64,000 nt of DNA, taken from the NCBI GenBank assembly GCA_051362555.1, contig CM120648.1, positions 3,778,587 through 3,842,586 of the forward strand, written 5' to 3'. This DNA comes from Lingula anatina (Eukaryota; Animalia; Brachiopoda). Shown one piece after another: positions 60,272 through 64,000 of the stretch; position 1 is the stretch's first letter, and every line of letters begins with the position of its first letter. Made by a program: the position numbers and the translations under genes. The notes below the pieces were generated by a model. That model made no database searches, was not told the origin of the DNA, and worked only from the letters and a program-made list of their open reading frames with translations.

Positions 60272-63200
60272 TCATGAGGTTTCTGGTGCACATTGGATCT
60301 GTCCACGTCCCTCAGTCAAAAAATTCTCACCGTTGGATTTAGTAACTGCAAGCCGTCGATGCGAGCGGCGCCTGCACGATCTTTCTAACAGAGCAGCATT
60401 AAAAAGCGACGCACAGCCACTGAGCACCGCCACCAATACAAAACTCAACTGAAAACAATGAAGACCGAAACACTCTGTTTCTCCGTCCGCCTTGCGGTAG
60501 CCGTAATAGTCGTAAATTGCCCCAAATAGATACTGCGCTCCCAGACCGCCAAATCCATTGCCCATTAGTATACAGCCCCAGTTGAGACCGAAATGTTTCA
60601 CCCCAAATAGTTCACTGAGAATTGTCGGGGTGAGGCAGTACAAAGTGCCATTGGCCAAGCCAACTCCCAGTGTCATAATTACTAGCCAATAAAACTGATC
60701 TGCGTAAAATATGCTAATTATTAAGATTCCTGTCTGCATTATATTTGCTATTAAAAGAAATAAGACACGCGGGACCCGATTAACTAGTAAATCCGTGACG
60801 AAACCGATGATGAATTTTGAGACGGTCCCAATGGCAAAACTCAGGGTCGTGATAATAGTGCTGAATTTTTCAAAATGGAACGACTGTAAATAACTTGTAA
60901 GGTTCGCCTGTACCATGAGCTGCAGGCCGGCACAAAATATGAAATTCCAGAATAAATAATGAAAATCCCAATCCCGTAGAAGTGCAAGTCCCGTCTTGTC
61001 TACCGTTTCTGGCTCGGTACTTTTCGCTTCCGCTTCCAGGCTCGGTTTCGATTCCGTTTCATCATCTGCAGTTTCTGGTCGCTTCAGTTGCCAACTCAAA
61101 CTTTTATCATCTCCTTTTCCTTCTCCATCTATAAGTCTACTACGATCATCTTCCTTTCCTCCTCCATGTTTAAATCCACCATGCACGTGATCCTCTCCCC
61201 CTATTTCCGTTTCCGGTGGGAAATTCCCTAGTGTCAGGACGCCCAAAATGCTAGCCACGCCAAATCCTATGGCTGAGAAAAGAAAAAATCCTGGTAAATC
61301 TTGTTCGTCTTCGTCGCCGTGTGTGTGACCGTTCATGAAGAAAGCTCCGTAAATCGCAGAAACGGCAGCAGGTCCACCACTAAATGAGGCGTCTAGAATC
61401 CCTATGACGGTTCCTCGGTGCTTTTTGGAGAAATTGTTGATGTTCGTAATCATAGCGGCCATGTATGAGAATATTGCGCCAAATCCTGTTGAAAATGAGT
61501 TCAAAATCATGTAAGTGTTATTGGCGTCTGGAGAGAGAGGCCATTACGTCCACAAAAGTAAAACAAAAGATGTATAAAAAAATATCAAAGGCGGTCAGAT
61601 GATCGAACCATTGTAATTCACACATCTAATTTACATTGGCAGACTCTACAACAAACAAAGTTCCATTGAAAAAACATTGCAAAAACTGATAAAAAAAGAT
61701 TGAATCAATTTTTAGAGAGAAATCCTAACGTACAAATACGCAAATTGCCAACAGACTGCATCGTTAGTTATTGTATACTCCAATAATTTAAATTCCCCTG
61801 AAAGACTTACCAGCTAAAAGAAAGTAAATATAAAGTAGCCAATAAGAATGGATGTAGAATGCAACCATTTTGGTGGTCGACCATATTAAGGTGAAGGACC
61901 CAACTGTGAGAATAAGAGCTACGAATGAGGCCACACGTCCGCCAAATCGTTCCGCACAGTAACCAGCCGGAAATCCGACTGATATCCCTATGTTACCCAT
62001 GGACGCCACCAAGTCCACTGCAATAAAAGAAGTGATTGAAATCCCATATCGTTTCAAAACTTCTAAAGCATTCGCCTTATTATAAGTATGGTAGTCGCCA
62101 TCAGAGCAAAATCTAGCTTCTTGCGTTACTTAAAGGCGTTTTTCTGTCTTCTATTTCTTCTTCAATTACTTATTTGTTCAATTATTTATTTATTTTGACT
62201 TATCACTCTTTATCATTTAGAAGTTCTTTATTTATTGACATATATCCACATTAAATGTTCATCCATCATACCACTACCTTATACAAACACAGTGTGAACA
62301 GCTTTCTAAGCCACGAAGTGCCCAGATATTTAAAGTGTCAAAAACTGACAACAGTGAGAGCCTCAAAGACTTTTAGTCCCTGAACATTGTCAACTATTAA
62401 GCAAAAAAAATTTTTACCAATTCATCCAAAAAATTTAATGCTAATGTAATGTGTTTTAGAAAATGTTAAAAAAATATTTAGGCTAATGTTTGCTTCAGAA
62501 TAATACTTTTTGTATTATAAATGTACCATTCCACTTTTGGTTGTAAAATAAACATTATTTTTATAAACATAGGGTATCCAGGGAAACCTCCGAAAGAAAC
62601 CTGGCGTTTGGCAACAAACTGATAACCTGCTCTCTAGTAAAAAAGATTGTTTTTGAGAAACTGTATGTTATACCCAGTACACCTGTTACATGGTGTGAAT
62701 CATAGAGGTTTATGGGAGATATATCTCATTCTTCAAATCAATGATTAACCGACCACGCCATCGGCATATATTGTTCAGTGGAGGAGGTACCTCTCAGTAC
62801 AACGAGGACTGATGATAAATATTGAGAATTATCTTCAACAATTATTAACCAACGCTGTGTCAACAACTATATCGCCTATCATGTCATCACTAGCGACTGC
62901 CAAACTACCCCATGTCCATAGGACAGATCCAACTCTGTGGCCTCTCTCGCCGAGTGCAATCAGCTTAACTACTTGACCCTCCTCCCCTTGTTTCCAACAT
63001 ACTCGTATTATCACCGGTTTCTCTGTGTTTCACTCAACCCCAGGAGGAGGGGTGTCAGTCATTTGATCTGATTGCACTCGGCGAGAAGGACCGCGGAGTT
63101 GAATCGATTTACGTAGACCGATGGTGTCTGTGGGAATGAGACCAAAGATTGGTTGAAGGATGGTAAATAAGTGCCTAAACTGTCAACTCAAATGGGAAAT

Positions 63201-63864
63201 GTTGTCCCTGAATTGTAGGTATTCATAATATATTCTTACAGATCTGATACATCTTCGGAAAGAAAAAAAATCGCTGTTTGTTTTAACTTTGTGGCATTTG
63301 ATTCCGTTGACTAAAAAACATATCAGTGTAAGTCCACTTAGAGAATGATATTGCAACTATACGGCAAATCGTAAGAAATATCTATTGTGTCGAACCAATG
63401 GGCACTTTCGTGTTAATGAACTAACACAGGTTTTATTGACTGATGTTGGCCAAACTATTTAAGTCATATAGTTGCCTCCACCTTTCGCCTAAGGCCAATT
63501 TCTGACTCTGAGCCTAAAAGAAAAGAGACACGTCACTGTGGGCTACCTCAATTACATAAAATATCACATTTTTGTATGAAATAAATTTAAACGCGAAAAA
63601 CCGACAAGAAATTTAATTTGCTGTCGTGGAACATTAAGAGGGGTGCGTACTGCTATGCATATTTTACAAATTAGTGTTAATATTTTTTTTGAAATATTTA
63701 CCTTGCGATTGTTGCAAATCAAAGGTCTGCTTTACAGCCAATTGGTAGGCGTTGAAAGCGTAGATGGAGCCTGCAAACCCCATTCCAAGACAGCCTACAA
63801 AGAGAGCAAATATTCTGAGAACGACGACGACTCGGTCCATAGCGGTGCATTTCACTGACACCAT
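60272..63864 (-). CDS. MFS transporter, nodulin-like / MCH1-like type (527 aa)
   Basis: Exons 63864-63702, 62017-61811 and 61485-60272 (phase 1, GT-AG; 1584 nt). Motifs AGSIYAFNAY, GYCAERFGGR, NFSKKHRGTVIG, a long hydrophilic central loop, SELFGVKHFGLNWG and CFGLHCF; about 12 TM segments. Confidence 0.9.
62920..63115. repeat. Imperfect palindromic (foldback/MITE-like) element in MFS intron 1
   Basis: caactctgtggcctctctcgccgagtgcaatcag...accctcctcc / ggaggaggggt...ctgattgcactcggcgagaaggaccgcggagttg. Confidence 0.65.
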
Positions 63865-64000
63865 GAAAGATAATTATATAGGAACAACTTCAGCTACAGA
63901 GTAACAAATCCCATCTGCGCGTGCGTTGGGACAAGAGGCAGACGATAAATGATTACGCCATTCGCTTGATAACGCAGAGTGATAAGGGCGACAATGATGA

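Overview
AT-rich, intron-containing genomic DNA from an invertebrate animal (probably a marine lophotrochozoan; inferred from gene and repeat content). It is not prokaryotic, and most short ORFs in the track are noise. Hand-spliced gene models, in order: (1) a 341-aa minus-strand protein with a YAP/FAM181-type TEAD-binding omega loop, an LxxLF helix and an AT-hook (3362-9935); (2) a 948-aa TRIM/RBCC E3 ligase whose RING is split by a ~195-aa Q/P-rich insert (11949-15282); (3) a 12-exon AGXT with a C-terminal SKL and two in-frame ATGs (16304-24355); (4) a ~25-kb tandem array of six small, same-strand secreted-peptide genes (five intact two-exon genes, one exon-1-only pseudogene; 28.6-53.0 kb), which the ORF track misses or fragments; (5) a somatomedin-B-domain Methuselah/secretin-like 7TM receptor directly downstream (55794-59271); (6) a convergent nodulin/MCH1-like MFS transporter (60272-63864). 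The peptide genes encode a signal peptide, a basic pro-region, and S/T/P repeats with an acidic tail. They share promoter boxes and 3'UTR blocks but have hypervariable mature regions. The array carries several DNA transposons: a Tc1 copy and a nested derivative, a Harbinger-type MITE, and a TIR element with a RecQ helicase fragment. The peptide array beside an orphan GPCR is the most interesting candidate system.
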